A stretch of 37,677 nt of DNA. Source: Fidelibacterota bacterium (GTDB taxonomy: Bacteria; Fidelibacterota; Marinisomatia; Marinisomatales; UBA8229). The notes beneath the pieces are model-generated. The model was not told where the DNA came from, did no database searches, and worked only from the letters and a program-made list of their open reading frames with translations. Shown here one piece after another: positions 1 through 10,900 of this stretch; position 1 is the stretch's first letter; every line of letters starts with the position of its first letter. Position numbers and translations under genes: made by a program. The stretch lies in assembly GCA_012964235.1 (NCBI GenBank), contig DTUJ01000157.1, positions 1 to 37,677 on the forward strand, in the 5' to 3' direction.

Positions 1-1213
1 TATTCTAGATATTGAAGTGAAAATCGATAAAATCCGGGAAGAGAAAGAACAGGTGATTGCTGAGCAGAAGTTTGAAAAAGCCGCTTCGCTAAGGGACAAG
101 GAGCAAAAACTGATGATAAAACTGGCAGAAGTCCAGAAAAAATGGAATAAGGAAGAAGGAAAGAACCCGGTCTTGATTACCGAAGATCACATAGCTGATA
201 TAGTTTCATTAATGACTGGGATTCCCGTGGCCAAAGTTGCCCAATCCGAAACCAAGAAACTTTTAAATATGGAGAAAGAAATCCATAAATATATTGTGGG
301 TCAGGATGAAGCAATTAAATGTTTGTCTGGTTCGATTCAAAGGGCTCGAGCAGGATTAAAAAGTCCCCATCGGCCGATCGGTGTATTTCTTTTTCTTGGA
401 CCTACAGGAGTTGGTAAAACAGAATTGGCTAAAGTTATTGCGAATTATTTATTTAGTTATTCTGATGCCCTTATTAAAATAGATATGACAGAATATGGGG
501 AACGATTCTCAGTCTCGCGAATGATTGGGGCACCCCCTGGGTATGTGGGGTATGAAGAGGGAGGAGAACTGACCGAAAAGGTTCGTAGAAATCCTTATTC
601 TGTTGTTCTGTTCGATGAGATCGAAAAAGCCCATCCGGATGTTTTCAACGTGTTGCTTCAATTATTTGATGAGGGAGTACTGACAGATGGACTGGGAAGG
701 AAAGTTGATTTCAAGAACACGATCATTATTATGACCTCCAATGTAGGGACGAGGGAGATCCAAGATCATACCTCATTTGGATTTACGGATACAAAAACTG
801 ATTTCGATTATTCTTCAATGAAAGACCAGATACTCGATCAGGTTAAATCAATTTTTAACCCCGAATTCTTGAATCGTATTGATGATACCATTGTGTTTCA
901 TCCCCTTTCCAGGCAAGATGCATTGGAGATTGTAGACTTTCTCCTTGTGGATCTGAGGGAGAATCTTTTTACACTGAATATAGAGCTATTTTTAACCAAA
1001 CGGGCTAAAACGTTGCTTTTAGGTAGAGGTTTCAGTCCAAAATATGGTGCACGAAACCTTCGCCGTGAAATACAATCTTCGTTGGAAAAACCCATCTCTG
1101 AACTTCTTCTTGAAAATGTATTTGTTTCCGGTAATAAAATAAAAGTGGATACTTCGGATGGACAGTTTACATTTAATTCTGTTCGGAAGAAAAGAATGAG
1201 TTCTAATTCCTGA
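1..1213 (+). CDS. clpC: ATP-dependent Clp protease ATP-binding subunit ClpC (5' truncated by window edge)
   Basis: UVR-like coiled coil (KEQVIAEQKFEKAASLRDKE), second AAA+ module with Walker A GPTGVGKT and Walker B VVLFDEIEKAH, pore loop GAPPGYVGY, ClpP-docking-like SFGF loop, and YGARNLRR sensor. The first AAA domain lies outside the window. Confidence 0.92.
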   Translation, partial: ILDIEVKIDKIREEKEQVIAEQKFEKAASLRDKEQKLMIKLAEVQKKWNKEEGKNPVLITEDHIADIVSLMTGIPVAKVAQSETKKLLNMEKEIHKYIVGQDEAIKCLSGSIQRARAGLKSPHRPIGVFLFLGPTGVGKTELAKVIANYLFSYSDALIKIDMTEYGERFSVSRMIGAPPGYVGYEEGGELTEKVRRNPYSVVLFDEIEKAHPDVFNVLLQLFDEGVLTDGLGRKVDFKNTIIIMTSNVGTREIQDHTSFGFTDTKTDFDYSSMKDQILDQVKSIFNPEFLNRIDDTIVFHPLSRQDALEIVDFLLVDLRENLFTLNIELFLTKRAKTLLLGRGFSPKYGARNLRREIQSSLEKPISELLLENVFVSGNKIKVDTSDGQFTFNSVRKKRMSSNS

Positions 1214-1357
1214 GAATATCCCCTATTTCTGTCATAAAGTACTATAATACTTAAGTATCTGCCATTTAGGCAATTATTCTCCTTTGGCACATAAATTGTG
1301 ATATTTTGTATAAATTTTAGCACTTGTTCATAGAATTTTAAAATTAAGGAGAAAAAA

Positions 1358-3268
1358 GTGGGAAAAATAATTGGTATTGATCTTGGTACAACAAATTCCT
1401 GTTTAGCTGTTTTAGAGGGTGGGGAACCAACCATTATAACCAATCCTGAAGGGGGCCGTACAACCCCGTCAGTTGTTGGATTCACAAAAGACAACCAACG
1501 CCTAGTTGGGCAGACTGCGAAGCGACAGGCAGTGACCAATCCGGAAAACACAGTATTTTCTATCAAACGCTTTATGGGCAGGATGCACAAAGAGGTAAGT
1601 ACTGAAATATCTGAAGTGCCCTACAAAGTTGATAAGAATTCAAGCGGAGCCGTTGTTGTTAAGGTGAGGGATAAAGAATATACTCCACCAGAAATCAGTG
1701 CTATGATTCTCCAAAAGTTAAAGCAAATGGCTGAAGAACATCTTGGGGGAAAGGTAACCGATGCTGTGATTACGGTCCCAGCTTATTTTAATGATTCCCA
1801 GCGTCAGGCTACAAAAGACGCTGGGAAAATTGCTGGATTGAATGTCCGACGGATTATTAATGAACCGACAGCAGCTTCGTTAGCTTATGGATTGGACAAA
1901 AAAAAGGACGAAAAAATCGCTGTTTTTGATTTAGGTGGAGGAACATTTGATATTTCGATTTTGGAGTTGGGAGATGGTGTTTTTGAAGTGAAATCATCCA
2001 ATGGTGACGGGCACCTGGGGGGAGATGATTTTGATCAAAGGGTTATTGACTGGATCGCCGACGAATTCAAGAAAAGCGATGGGATTGACCTTCGGAATGA
2101 TCCCATGGCACTTCAAAGATTAAAAGAAGCAGCAGAGGCGGCTAAAAAAGAATTATCAACTTCAAAACAGACAGATATTAATTTGCCCTTTATTACAGCA
2201 GATTCATCTGGACCAAAACATCTAAATCTTAGTCTTTCCAGGGCAAAATTTGATGACCTTGTAGCCGATCTTGTAGAGCGGACAGTTACACCATGTCAAA
2301 AAGCAATATCTGATGCCGGGTTATCTGCTGTAGAAATTAATGAAGTTATTTTGGTTGGCGGATCTACACGGATACCAAAAATACGGGAAAAGGTTAAAGA
2401 GATATTTGGTAAAGAACCTAATAAAAGTGTGAATCCAGATGAGGTTGTGGCCCTAGGTGCAGCGATTCAAGGTGGTGTACTGGCTGGCGATGTTGATGAT
2501 ATTCTATTGTTAGATGTTACCCCGCTTTCGCTGGGGATTGAAACACTGGGCAGTGTGAACACAAACCTGATTGATCGCAATACGACCATACCTACTAAAA
2601 AATCTCAGATTTTCAGCACGGCAGCTGATAACCAGACCACTGTGGAAATTCACGTACTCCAGGGTGAACGGGAAATGGCAATTGATAATAAAACTATTGG
2701 CCGTTTTCACTTGGCAGATATTCCGCCTTCACCCCGCGGCATTCCACAGATCGAGGTTTCATTTGATATTGATGCCAATGGTATATTGAACGTCAGTGCA
2801 AAAGATAAGGCAACCGGAAAAGAACAGAGTATTCGAATTGAAGCATCTAGCGGGATTTCTGAATCGGAAATTGAGAAAATGGTCAATGATGCGAAAAAGT
2901 ACGATAAGGAAGATAAGGAAAAACGCGAAAAGATCGATCTGACAAACCAGTCAGAACATTTGATCTATGAGACAGAGAAAAATATCAAGGAATACGGTGA
3001 TAAACTAGATGATAAAGAAAAGACATCTTTGACCGAAAAGGTCGAAGCTCTAAAGAAAGCCAAAGATAGCAGCAATATCGAGGATATGAAAACTGCCATG
3101 GAATCATTGAATAGTTCCTGGTCCCAGGTAGCTTCAAAAATGTATGAAGCTTCAAAAAATGAAGAAGATGCTTCCCAAACGGAAACAAAGGCAAATAAGT
3201 CCACGAAAACAAAAGCAAAAAAGAGAGACGGTGAAATAGAGGATGCAGATTTTGAAGTTGTGGATTAA
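1358..3268 (+). CDS. dnaK: Molecular chaperone DnaK (Hsp70)
   Basis: [31 protein letters not shown] and VGGSTRIP motifs. GTG start with AAGGAG SD at 1346-1351. Confidence 0.98.
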   Translation: MGKIIGIDLGTTNSCLAVLEGGEPTIITNPEGGRTTPSVVGFTKDNQRLVGQTAKRQAVTNPENTVFSIKRFMGRMHKEVSTEISEVPYKVDKNSSGAVVVKVRDKEYTPPEISAMILQKLKQMAEEHLGGKVTDAVITVPAYFNDSQRQATKDAGKIAGLNVRRIINEPTAASLAYGLDKKKDEKIAVFDLGGGTFDISILELGDGVFEVKSSNGDGHLGGDDFDQRVIDWIADEFKKSDGIDLRNDPMALQRLKEAAEAAKKELSTSKQTDINLPFITADSSGPKHLNLSLSRAKFDDLVADLVERTVTPCQKAISDAGLSAVEINEVILVGGSTRIPKIREKVKEIFGKEPNKSVNPDEVVALGAAIQGGVLAGDVDDILLLDVTPLSLGIETLGSVNTNLIDRNTTIPTKKSQIFSTAADNQTTVEIHVLQGEREMAIDNKTIGRFHLADIPPSPRGIPQIEVSFDIDANGILNVSAKDKATGKEQSIRIEASSGISESEIEKMVNDAKKYDKEDKEKREKIDLTNQSEHLIYETEKNIKEYGDKLDDKEKTSLTEKVEALKKAKDSSNIEDMKTAMESLNSSWSQVASKMYEASKNEEDASQTETKANKSTKTKAKKRDGEIEDADFEVVD

Positions 3269-3283
3269 CCCTAAAGATACTAC

Positions 3284-3317
3284 AAAAAAAAAGCGTTCTT
3301 ACTAGATCGCTTTTTTT
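3284..3317 (+). terminator. Intrinsic (probably bidirectional) terminator after dnaK
   Basis: A-tract, AAGCGTTCT, TACT loop, AGATCGCTT, then T-tract; stem has one mismatch. Confidence 0.8.
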
Positions 3318-3344
3318 GTTTTTGGAACTGGTGACATGTAACTT
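3316..3344 (+). promoter_or_regulatory. Putative sigma70-type promoter for the tamB operon
   Basis: TTGTTT (3316-3321), 17 nt spacer, TAACTT (3339-3344), about 30 nt before the ATG at 3373. Confidence 0.4.
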
Positions 3345-3372
3345 CGTATTGTTCAGAAACAACTTTATTTTT

Positions 3373-6300
3373 ATGAAACGTCTGAGAACTATTCTGTTAT
3401 TATTCGGGATCCTTTGCGCTGGGGGGATAATTCTGTTATTAACTCCAAGATTATGGCAAGATAAAATTGAGATAGTTTTAAATGAAAATTTTTTAAGTAG
3501 TAAGGGGTGGCAGATTTCCATTGGAACTATAAAAGGTCATTTATTTTCAACAGTGATTATGGAAGATATTTTATTATGGCATCAAGATGGTTCCAATGTC
3601 CTCTCCAATGAAGTGAGCTCAAAAATAAACCTGATTCCACTTATCACAGGGGAATTATCATTGGATCTCCTTGAAATAAATGAAATAAAGATAGCACTTA
3701 AAGGTGATTCTATTATTAAAAGTGGAGTGGGAAAAAAAATCGAATTAGCTTTTCCTAAGTTCCCGTTTCATATTGATGATTTGCGATTGAACGGGAAATT
3801 GGAAATGATAAATATGGATACTGTTTATAATTTTGATCTGGAATTTGTTGGTAACACCAGTTACCAACCTCAGGAACTCAATATAGGTATTGACAATTTG
3901 GTTGTTAATTATGAGGATTCTTTATTTAGGATTGATTTGAATGAGTCATCCATGAAAATAGAAAAAGGCAAAATAATATTATCACATATAAGCGGGGTGG
4001 CTTCAAGTATTCCATTTGAGGGGGATTTATTTTATTCTTGGATGCCTGACGCACATTTTTCTGGAGAAATGATTATAGGGAAAGTATCATTACCTGAAGA
4101 TTTTTTTGGTGATATTCCCATGAAACCTGTTTTTTCCTCTTTATCAACTTCGATAAAGTTTGAATCTGATTTAACAAATTTTCATGGTATTGCAGAAGTC
4201 TTCAATGATCTTGGTTTGAATTTACATGGGAAATTTTCCTTGAAAAAAAATCCTGATGAGTTATTAGTGGGAACAATAGAACTGAAAAGTGACTCCACAA
4301 TGTTGAAAGTAAATGGGATTTTGAATGATTCAGGCAGGATAAATGGAAATATTCTATTATCAAATTTAGACTTAAATCAGTGGTTAATAGACCAAGAGAA
4401 TACGAATATTTCAGGAATAGTTTTGATCGAAGGATTGATTAGTGATGGTATTCTATCAAATTTGTCTTTAACAACAAAAGTTCAAGAGTCAAAGTTATAT
4501 TTAGAGGATTTAGTTTCCATTTCAGGTACTATTTCATATCATGACAGTTTAGTGGAATTTATTGATCCCCTTACTTTATCTATTGGACCTAGTTCGATTA
4601 TTATGAAAGGAAATGTAAACCTAAGATCTGAAAGTATGGATTTGGCATTTGATATGAAAGAAGCAGATGTTTTTATTATTAATAATTTTTGGTCTGATTC
4701 TCTTAAAACAGGAGTGGCTACTGGGCAGATGAATGTATCTGGTTCGTTTACTGAACCTTCATTGGATGCTGACTTGTTTTGCAGGAATATTCTGTATAAA
4801 GATGCTTCTTTGGAAGAAATGGAAATTCATTTAAGTTTTGATAACAGTAAAAATGTTGAAAATGGTTTTGCTCATATTATTTTTGAAAATGGTATTTGGA
4901 AGGACTACCATTTCGACAATGGTACTGTTGATCTGAAATTTAATTCCGGAGTAGTAGAATTAGAGAATATTCAAATGAATAATGGGAATGATTTTATTCA
5001 ATTATCTGGGAGAATTGAAGAAAATGGAAATGTGTTTCTTGATCGATTGCAAGCAGCTTATGAAGGGCATTATTTAGCTCTCCCGAGCCCATTAAACTTC
5101 ATCCTAAAGGATGAATCAATTATTGTAAAACCTTTTGTGCTTCACGTTGATGATGGGGTGGTTGAGGGATATTTTCACAAGAAAAAATTATTGGATGGAA
5201 GGTTTAAGCTTTCGAATATTGAATCTTCCTTAATTTCTCCTTTTATTCAGGATAATCGGTTCAAAATATCCGGAATGATTTTTGGGGAACTTGGAGTCCA
5301 TGAGTCAATAGAAAAGTATAATTATTCCTCAGATATTTCTTTGAAAAAAGGGTCAATTTTAGGACAGAATTTTGACGATTTAGTCATTTCATTATTTGTT
5401 CGTGATGAGATAATGCATATTGAAGAGTTAACCTTGATTTATGGGGATAAAACAGGTTTGCAAGTAATGGGGACTTTGCCATTAAAGAGCCAGAAGGGGC
5501 AACCAATTGAAATTAATTTGAATACAAAATTCTCAAACTTAGATCTGAAAATATTAACACAGGTGATTCCAGACCGGTTTCATATCGGAGGTCAAATAAA
5601 CGGTAATTTTAAAGTAGGTGGTACAACAGAAAAGACCCTTTTTGATTTTGATGTGGCTATTAGTGATGCAGTGTTTGACAAAATGCAATTTGGTCAGGTG
5701 AAAGGTAAAGGGAGTTATGATGGAAAAAACTTGAGTTTTTCCCAATTTTCTTCAGACCAAGAGCAAAGTCATTTGGAAGGTACTGCATCTTTACCGTTCG
5801 ATTATAATATAGGGTCAGCTCATTTTGGTCAGACAACCTTAGATAATCCTCTTTATTTGAACGTGGGGGGGCATACAAAAGATCTTAGTTTTATTACTCA
5901 ATATCTAACCGGTGTGGACTCTATTATAGGAGATTTTAATATCAAACTGGGATTAAATGGTACTTGGCAGAATCTTATTCGGGACGGATGGATACGAATA
6001 AATGATGCTAAAATTTTTACCAACCTTCTAAAAAGCCCGATTGATAGAGTTGATGGATATGGAAATCTAATCAGGAACCGATTAAATATAGAAAGTTTGA
6101 ACGGAATTATGGTTAAGTCAATGGAGAAACAACAGGGAAAAAATTTGTTTCTTACTGGTAGTATGGATATGAGTAAATTTTTCCAGCCTTACTTTGATAT
6201 CTGGATTACTGGTGAGAATATTTACTTTGAAGCGCTCCAAGAGGATATAAAAGGTTTAGTGAATTTGGATGTTAGCATGAAAGGGAAAGATGATATTACA

Positions 6301-7143
6301 ATTAGTGGGAAAATTCCGCTCTTAGATGTAGAGATGTACAAGGAATTTACATCCTCAAATATAGCAGGTTCTTTTTCAAAAGAAGGGCGTGTCTCATTTA
6401 ATTATAAGATTAATTTTCCAATTATTGGAGATTTCACCTTATTAAACAACCAGATTGATGCACGTTTGGGTGGAGATATAAACATTACAAAACTGGGAAC
6501 ATATCCTGCAGATTTTTCCGGAGAAGTTATTTTTGAGGAAGGAAAATTTTATTACTCTGGTGACATCTTCACAATAACAGAAGGATATTTAATTTTTGAT
6601 AAAAAAGGGTTCAATCCCTATTTTAATATGACTGCTATTACAACCATTGATGATGAACAAATTGATATTTCTTTTACTGGTCCATTAAGCAATCCAAATT
6701 TAATACTAACTTCCAGAAGTGGTTTTTCGCAAAGTGATATCTTGGAATTATTGACCTGGGGTAAACGATTCGAAGATCAGGAGATTTCTTATTCAGGAAT
6801 TGGAACCAGAGCAACAAGTTTGGTTGAAGGCTGGCTTGATACTCAATTAGATCGAAAGTTAATCCAACTTAGCGGTTTGGACCAATTTGGCATTTTAGAG
6901 AAAGTTAAAATAGAGGGTGCAACCAGTCTTTTAGATCCAGGAGGAAAGAAAGATTTCAAAATAGGGGCAAATGTAACCAAAACAATTTCGTTTAATTATG
7001 CCTTTCACCGGTCTTTTTCACTCACAAGTCCAAACCACGCTGTCGGTTTTGAATATAAAGTGAATAAATATCTTTCATTGATTGGTGATGTGGATCAAAA
7101 TGGAAAAGTGCATGCAAAATACAAATTAAGATATGCATATTAA
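3373..7143 (+). CDS. tamB: TamB/AsmA-family translocation and assembly module protein (DUF490-like C-terminus)
   Basis: About 1256 aa from the likely start ATG 3373 (MKRLRTILLLFGIL signal anchor). Long repetitive beta-strand-rich body, C-terminal NP...G.L.NP.L.L.S.....SDIL..L pattern, and adjacency to an Omp85 gene. Confidence 0.78.
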   Translation: MKRLRTILLLFGILCAGGIILLLTPRLWQDKIEIVLNENFLSSKGWQISIGTIKGHLFSTVIMEDILLWHQDGSNVLSNEVSSKINLIPLITGELSLDLLEINEIKIALKGDSIIKSGVGKKIELAFPKFPFHIDDLRLNGKLEMINMDTVYNFDLEFVGNTSYQPQELNIGIDNLVVNYEDSLFRIDLNESSMKIEKGKIILSHISGVASSIPFEGDLFYSWMPDAHFSGEMIIGKVSLPEDFFGDIPMKPVFSSLSTSIKFESDLTNFHGIAEVFNDLGLNLHGKFSLKKNPDELLVGTIELKSDSTMLKVNGILNDSGRINGNILLSNLDLNQWLIDQENTNISGIVLIEGLISDGILSNLSLTTKVQESKLYLEDLVSISGTISYHDSLVEFIDPLTLSIGPSSIIMKGNVNLRSESMDLAFDMKEADVFIINNFWSDSLKTGVATGQMNVSGSFTEPSLDADLFCRNILYKDASLEEMEIHLSFDNSKNVENGFAHIIFENGIWKDYHFDNGTVDLKFNSGVVELENIQMNNGNDFIQLSGRIEENGNVFLDRLQAAYEGHYLALPSPLNFILKDESIIVKPFVLHVDDGVVEGYFHKKKLLDGRFKLSNIESSLISPFIQDNRFKISGMIFGELGVHESIEKYNYSSDISLKKGSILGQNFDDLVISLFVRDEIMHIEELTLIYGDKTGLQVMGTLPLKSQKGQPIEINLNTKFSNLDLKILTQVIPDRFHIGGQINGNFKVGGTTEKTLFDFDVAISDAVFDKMQFGQVKGKGSYDGKNLSFSQFSSDQEQSHLEGTASLPFDYNIGSAHFGQTTLDNPLYLNVGGHTKDLSFITQYLTGVDSIIGDFNIKLGLNGTWQNLIRDGWIRINDAKIFTNLLKSPIDRVDGYGNLIRNRLNIESLNGIMVKSMEKQQGKNLFLTGSMDMSKFFQPYFDIWITGENIYFEALQEDIKGLVNLDVSMKGKDDITISGKIPLLDVEMYKEFTSSNIAGSFSKEGRVSFNYKINFPIIGDFTLLNNQIDARLGGDINITKLGTYPADFSGEVIFEEGKFYYSGDIFTITEGYLIFDKKGFNPYFNMTAITTIDDEQIDISFTGPLSNPNLILTSRSGFSQSDILELLTWGKRFEDQEISYSGIGTRATSLVEGWLDTQLDRKLIQLSGLDQFGILEKVKIEGATSLLDPGGKKDFKIGANVTKTISFNYAFHRSFSLTSPNHAVGFEYKVNKYLSLIGDVDQNGKVHAKYKLRYAY

Positions 7144-8956
7144 TTTACTTTTTAACAAAAAAGTATTTCTTTTGGGTATTTCTTTTTTTTCATGTTTCTT
7201 GCTAGCTAGTCAAAAAAAAACGGTAAAAACGGTAAGTATCATTGGTGCTGAAATAGTAAAAGAGAGTCTAATACTCTCTGCCATGAGGACGAAAAAATCA
7301 ACAATCTTTTCTTCTCAGGAATTTGATTCACGCATACTCAGGCTTGATGCCATCAGTGTTAAAACATTATACATTTCAAATGGGTTTTTGGAAGTAAGTG
7401 TAGAAGATTCCACTCGAATTGTGGATGGTAAAGTACATGTATTTTTAAAAATATCTGAAGGAAAGCAATACTTTTTACGTTCAGTAGAAATTCAAGGAAA
7501 CCAAACCATTACTGATAAAACAATTAATAAAATATTAGAATTCATACCGAAAAAACCGTATGACCCTGTTACAGCAAATAAAAATTTATCTTTAGTTAGA
7601 CAAGAGTATGAACAATATGGGAAATTATTTTCATCAATAATGATCACCGACAAAATTGGAGATTCTGTAAATGTTCAAATTCAAGTTGAAGAAGGTCCCG
7701 ATGTATACATAGACACTTTTTTTATCGAAGGTCTCCAGAGTTTGGGGGAAGATAATGTCACTAGGGAAATAGCATTCAAATCAGGCGATCTTTACAAAAA
7801 AGAGGAAATAGATTTAACAAAGCGAAGAATACTGCAAACAGGTGTATTTTCTTATGCTGGAATCACTCCCTTGCCGGTTGCAGGAAGTGACACTACTGTA
7901 AATGTGTTGATTGAACTACGACAATTCACACAAAAACAATGGTCATCTGAGGGTGGATATTTTCCCATTGAATATTATAGAGGTGTTGAACCCATCCCGG
8001 GGATAGGAGGAGAGATTGAATGGAGGAATAGAAGTTTGGCTAGATCTACAACAAACTTTTCTGCAAGAGTTATTGTACAAGGTCTTTTATCTGAGGATTA
8101 CTTATATCTAATTTATCCCAAATTTGGAATGGATATGGATTTTTCCAATCAGTGGTTTTTAGAACGTCGAATTCCAACTAGAATTAGACTTTTCTATGAA
8201 ACTTTTACAAATTTAGGTCAAGAAGGATCTCTATCTCCTGTAATGCGTTATGGCTTACAGCTTACGAGTCATAAAAAACTTGACAAATTTTCTTTTATAG
8301 AGACAGGGTTGAATTGGGAACAGTTTATTGGATTTGAAAATGATCAACAAGAAATAGAGCAAAGAACATTTAAAATGAGGGGTTTATTGGATAGATCAGA
8401 TAATCCATTATTTCCACATAATGGATATCGGCTGACAGGTGAAGTTAGCCAGACCGGGGGAATATTGGGTGGTACCAGAGATTATGTTAAAATTGACCTT
8501 GGGATAAATAAATATATCCAGATACATAAGAAAATAGTTTTAGCTGGAAGGCTGAAATATGGAATGATATTTGGTTGGGAGGAATCTTATAATGATGTTC
8601 AGTATGAGAAATTTTATCTTGGAGGAAGTTCAAGTCTCCGGGGCTGGGACATGCTAAAATTCAAAGTAGATGAGAATGATATGCCTAATGGAGATATTAT
8701 TCGCCTAATGATGAATTGGGAAATTCGTTTCCCGCTTTTCTGGATTCTCGGGGGTGAATTATTTATTGATGGGGGATATCTAACAGATTCCTTTCGCAAT
8801 CAATCCATTGATCAAATTGAATGGGACGGAGGATTTGGTATCACTCTTATGACTCCTCTTGTTCCGCTCCGGCTGGATTTTGCAATTCCACTAATAAAAT
8901 CAACGGGTGGTTTTAATTCGTGGAAAATTCAATTGGGGGCCAGCTATATTTTTTAA
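7133..8956 (+). CDS. Omp85-family outer membrane protein (TamA/BamA-like, about 3 POTRA domains plus barrel)
   Basis: Signal peptide, POTRA-like repeats (LYISNGFLEVSV, V.I.V.EG), barrel loop-6 motif FYLGGSSSLRGW, TPLVPLRLDFA and C-terminal Phe. Overlaps tamB by 11 nt. Confidence 0.88.
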   Translation: MHINLLFNKKVFLLGISFFSCFLLASQKKTVKTVSIIGAEIVKESLILSAMRTKKSTIFSSQEFDSRILRLDAISVKTLYISNGFLEVSVEDSTRIVDGKVHVFLKISEGKQYFLRSVEIQGNQTITDKTINKILEFIPKKPYDPVTANKNLSLVRQEYEQYGKLFSSIMITDKIGDSVNVQIQVEEGPDVYIDTFFIEGLQSLGEDNVTREIAFKSGDLYKKEEIDLTKRRILQTGVFSYAGITPLPVAGSDTTVNVLIELRQFTQKQWSSEGGYFPIEYYRGVEPIPGIGGEIEWRNRSLARSTTNFSARVIVQGLLSEDYLYLIYPKFGMDMDFSNQWFLERRIPTRIRLFYETFTNLGQEGSLSPVMRYGLQLTSHKKLDKFSFIETGLNWEQFIGFENDQQEIEQRTFKMRGLLDRSDNPLFPHNGYRLTGEVSQTGGILGGTRDYVKIDLGINKYIQIHKKIVLAGRLKYGMIFGWEESYNDVQYEKFYLGGSSSLRGWDMLKFKVDENDMPNGDIIRLMMNWEIRFPLFWILGGELFIDGGYLTDSFRNQSIDQIEWDGGFGITLMTPLVPLRLDFAIPLIKSTGGFNSWKIQLGASYIF

Positions 8957-8999
8957 ATTAAAAATTGGATTTTTTTCAAGGTAAACTTCCTATTTTATT

Positions 9000-9028
9000 T
9001 TGAATAAACAATTGATTTCATATAAATT
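9000..9028 (+). promoter_or_regulatory. Putative sigma70-type promoter
   Basis: TTGAAT (9000-9005), 17 nt spacer, TAAATT (9023-9028), upstream of the TPR lipoprotein gene. Confidence 0.4.
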
Positions 9029-9068
9029 AAACAGTTTTGTTAATAAATAAATATTATCAGGGAAAAAC

Positions 9069-9803
9069 ATGAAGATAAAGCTACTAATATTGGGTATTGT
9101 CCTAACTCTGTTTTCTGGTTGTGGAAAATCACCGAAAGAAGTGATGCAGATCGGACAGGAACATCTTTTAAATGAAAAATATGATTTTGCTCTTGAGTCA
9201 TTCCAAATTGTTTTTGAAAAACATCCACATGATCCTTTGGCTGACAGTGCGGGTTATCAAATTGCCAGGGTCTACCTCGATTACCTCAATGATTATGATA
9301 ATGGGTATAAAACGCTGAATAGCCTAGTGAATAACTATCCTGATTCAGATTATGGAATAAGAAGCAGGGAGGAAATAAGGCAATTTCCTAATTGGTTGTT
9401 TACGACAGCAGAAACAAAAAGGAATGCCAAGGATATCAATGGCTCTATTAAAACGCTAAATTATTTAGTGAATAAATTTCCCTCTCATGAAATTGCCTCC
9501 AAAGCCCAATATCTCATCGGAGATATTTATATGAATGATCAACGGAATTTTGATTTGGCAATTGACTCCTACCGTAAAATAATCAATGATTTTCCGGGAT
9601 CAAAACAGGAGCCCCATGCCCAGTTTATGATTGGGTATATCTATGCAAATGTATTGGATGATTCTGAAAATGCCCAGGTTGAATACAATTTATTTTTACA
9701 AAAATATCCTGACCATGAGTTAACACCATCTGTAAAATTTGAATTGGATTTTATTGGCAAGGATATAAATGATATTCCCCAGCTCAAACATATAACTTCT
9801 TAA
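9069..9803 (+). CDS. TPR-repeat lipoprotein (BamD/CpoB-like)
   Basis: Lipobox LFSGC after a basic and hydrophobic leader; repeated A.Y.IG.IY and 'YP.S' TPR units. Confidence 0.8.
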   Translation: MKIKLLILGIVLTLFSGCGKSPKEVMQIGQEHLLNEKYDFALESFQIVFEKHPHDPLADSAGYQIARVYLDYLNDYDNGYKTLNSLVNNYPDSDYGIRSREEIRQFPNWLFTTAETKRNAKDINGSIKTLNYLVNKFPSHEIASKAQYLIGDIYMNDQRNFDLAIDSYRKIINDFPGSKQEPHAQFMIGYIYANVLDDSENAQVEYNLFLQKYPDHELTPSVKFELDFIGKDINDIPQLKHITS

Positions 9804-9815
9804 ACCTAATTTGTT

Positions 9816-10811
9816 ATGTCAGATTTTAGTTTAACTGAGATCAATGAAAGGATTTCACGGGAATCCACCTTTGTTGATGATATAAAAAAAGCTCTCAAAG
9901 AAGTTATTGTTGGCCAAGAAGAATTAGTGAACCGGATTCTGATTGGTATGTTGGCGAATGGGCATATTTTGTTGGAGGGAGTCCCAGGATTGGCCAAAAC
10001 ACTGGTTGTAAAGTCATTAGCCCAATTAATTGATACGAAATTTCAACGGATTCAATTTACACCCGATATGCTGCCGGCAGATTTAATTGGTACTCTTATT
10101 TATAACCAGCACACAGGGAAATTTGATACAAGAAAAGGACCGATATTCGCAAACGTCATCCTTGCTGATGAAATTAACCGTGCACCATCAAAAGTGCAGA
10201 GTGCTCTCCTTGAAGCGATGCAGGAACGTCAGACAACCATCGGAAAAGAAACTTATTTGATGGATGCACCATTTTTAGTTCTTGCGACCCAAAATCCGAT
10301 AGAACAGGAAGGCACGTATCCCTTACCAGAAGCCCAGACTGATCGTTTTATGCTGAAAGTAAGAGTAGATTATCCATCCATAGATGAAGAAAGACTAATA
10401 CTCCGCAAAGCTGCCAGAACTCAAATTGATACTGTATTGACACCGGTAGTAAATCAACAACAGCTTTTGAAGGCTCAAAAAGTAATAGATGATATTTATG
10501 TTGATCAGAAAATAGAGGAGTATGTATTAAATCTTGTGTTTTCTACAAGGAATCCTGATAAATACGAGTTGAAGGATCTGGAGGGACTTATTGAATATGG
10601 AGGATCCCCGCGAGCATCAATTAATCTGATCTTGGCAGCAAAATCCAGAGCGTTTTTAGAACATCGTGGATATGTAACTCCTGAAGACATACGTTATATT
10701 GGAGCGGATGTTCTTCGCCATAGAATCATTTTAACCTACGAAGCCGAAGCGGAAGAGATCACTTCAGAGGATATTATTCGGAGATTGTTTGAAACGATTG
10801 AGATCCCTTAA
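9816..10811 (+). CDS. moxR: MoxR-family AAA+ ATPase
   Basis: HILLEGVPGLAKT, RIQFTPDMLPAD, LADEINRA and ATQNPIEQEGTYPLPEAQTDRF motifs. Confidence 0.95.
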   Translation: MSDFSLTEINERISRESTFVDDIKKALKEVIVGQEELVNRILIGMLANGHILLEGVPGLAKTLVVKSLAQLIDTKFQRIQFTPDMLPADLIGTLIYNQHTGKFDTRKGPIFANVILADEINRAPSKVQSALLEAMQERQTTIGKETYLMDAPFLVLATQNPIEQEGTYPLPEAQTDRFMLKVRVDYPSIDEERLILRKAARTQIDTVLTPVVNQQQLLKAQKVIDDIYVDQKIEEYVLNLVFSTRNPDKYELKDLEGLIEYGGSPRASINLILAAKSRAFLEHRGYVTPEDIRYIGADVLRHRIILTYEAEAEEITSEDIIRRLFETIEIP

Positions 10812-10900
10812 AAATAAGTAGGATTAATTCAGTTCATTCCAATTAAATGGTGCGTTTCCATTAACGCAAACAGTCATCTAACTTATAGTCAATTGTAGCG

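Noticed and set aside
898-1590. 230-aa minus-strand ORF across clpC/dnaK, plus the many 60-180 aa ORFs antisense to or nested in other genes
   Set aside because: Shadow ORFs of well-supported genes with no recognisable motifs; long antisense frames are common opposite dnaK.
3316-3372. ORF-track N-terminal extension of tamB
   Set aside because: Begins inside the dnaK terminator and predicted promoter; the signal anchor starts at ATG 3373.
10843-10868. Two alternative small hairpins (AATGG/CCATT and TGCGTT/AACGCA) between moxR and DUF58
   Set aside because: Only 5-6 bp each with no U-tract or known motif; compatible with chance.
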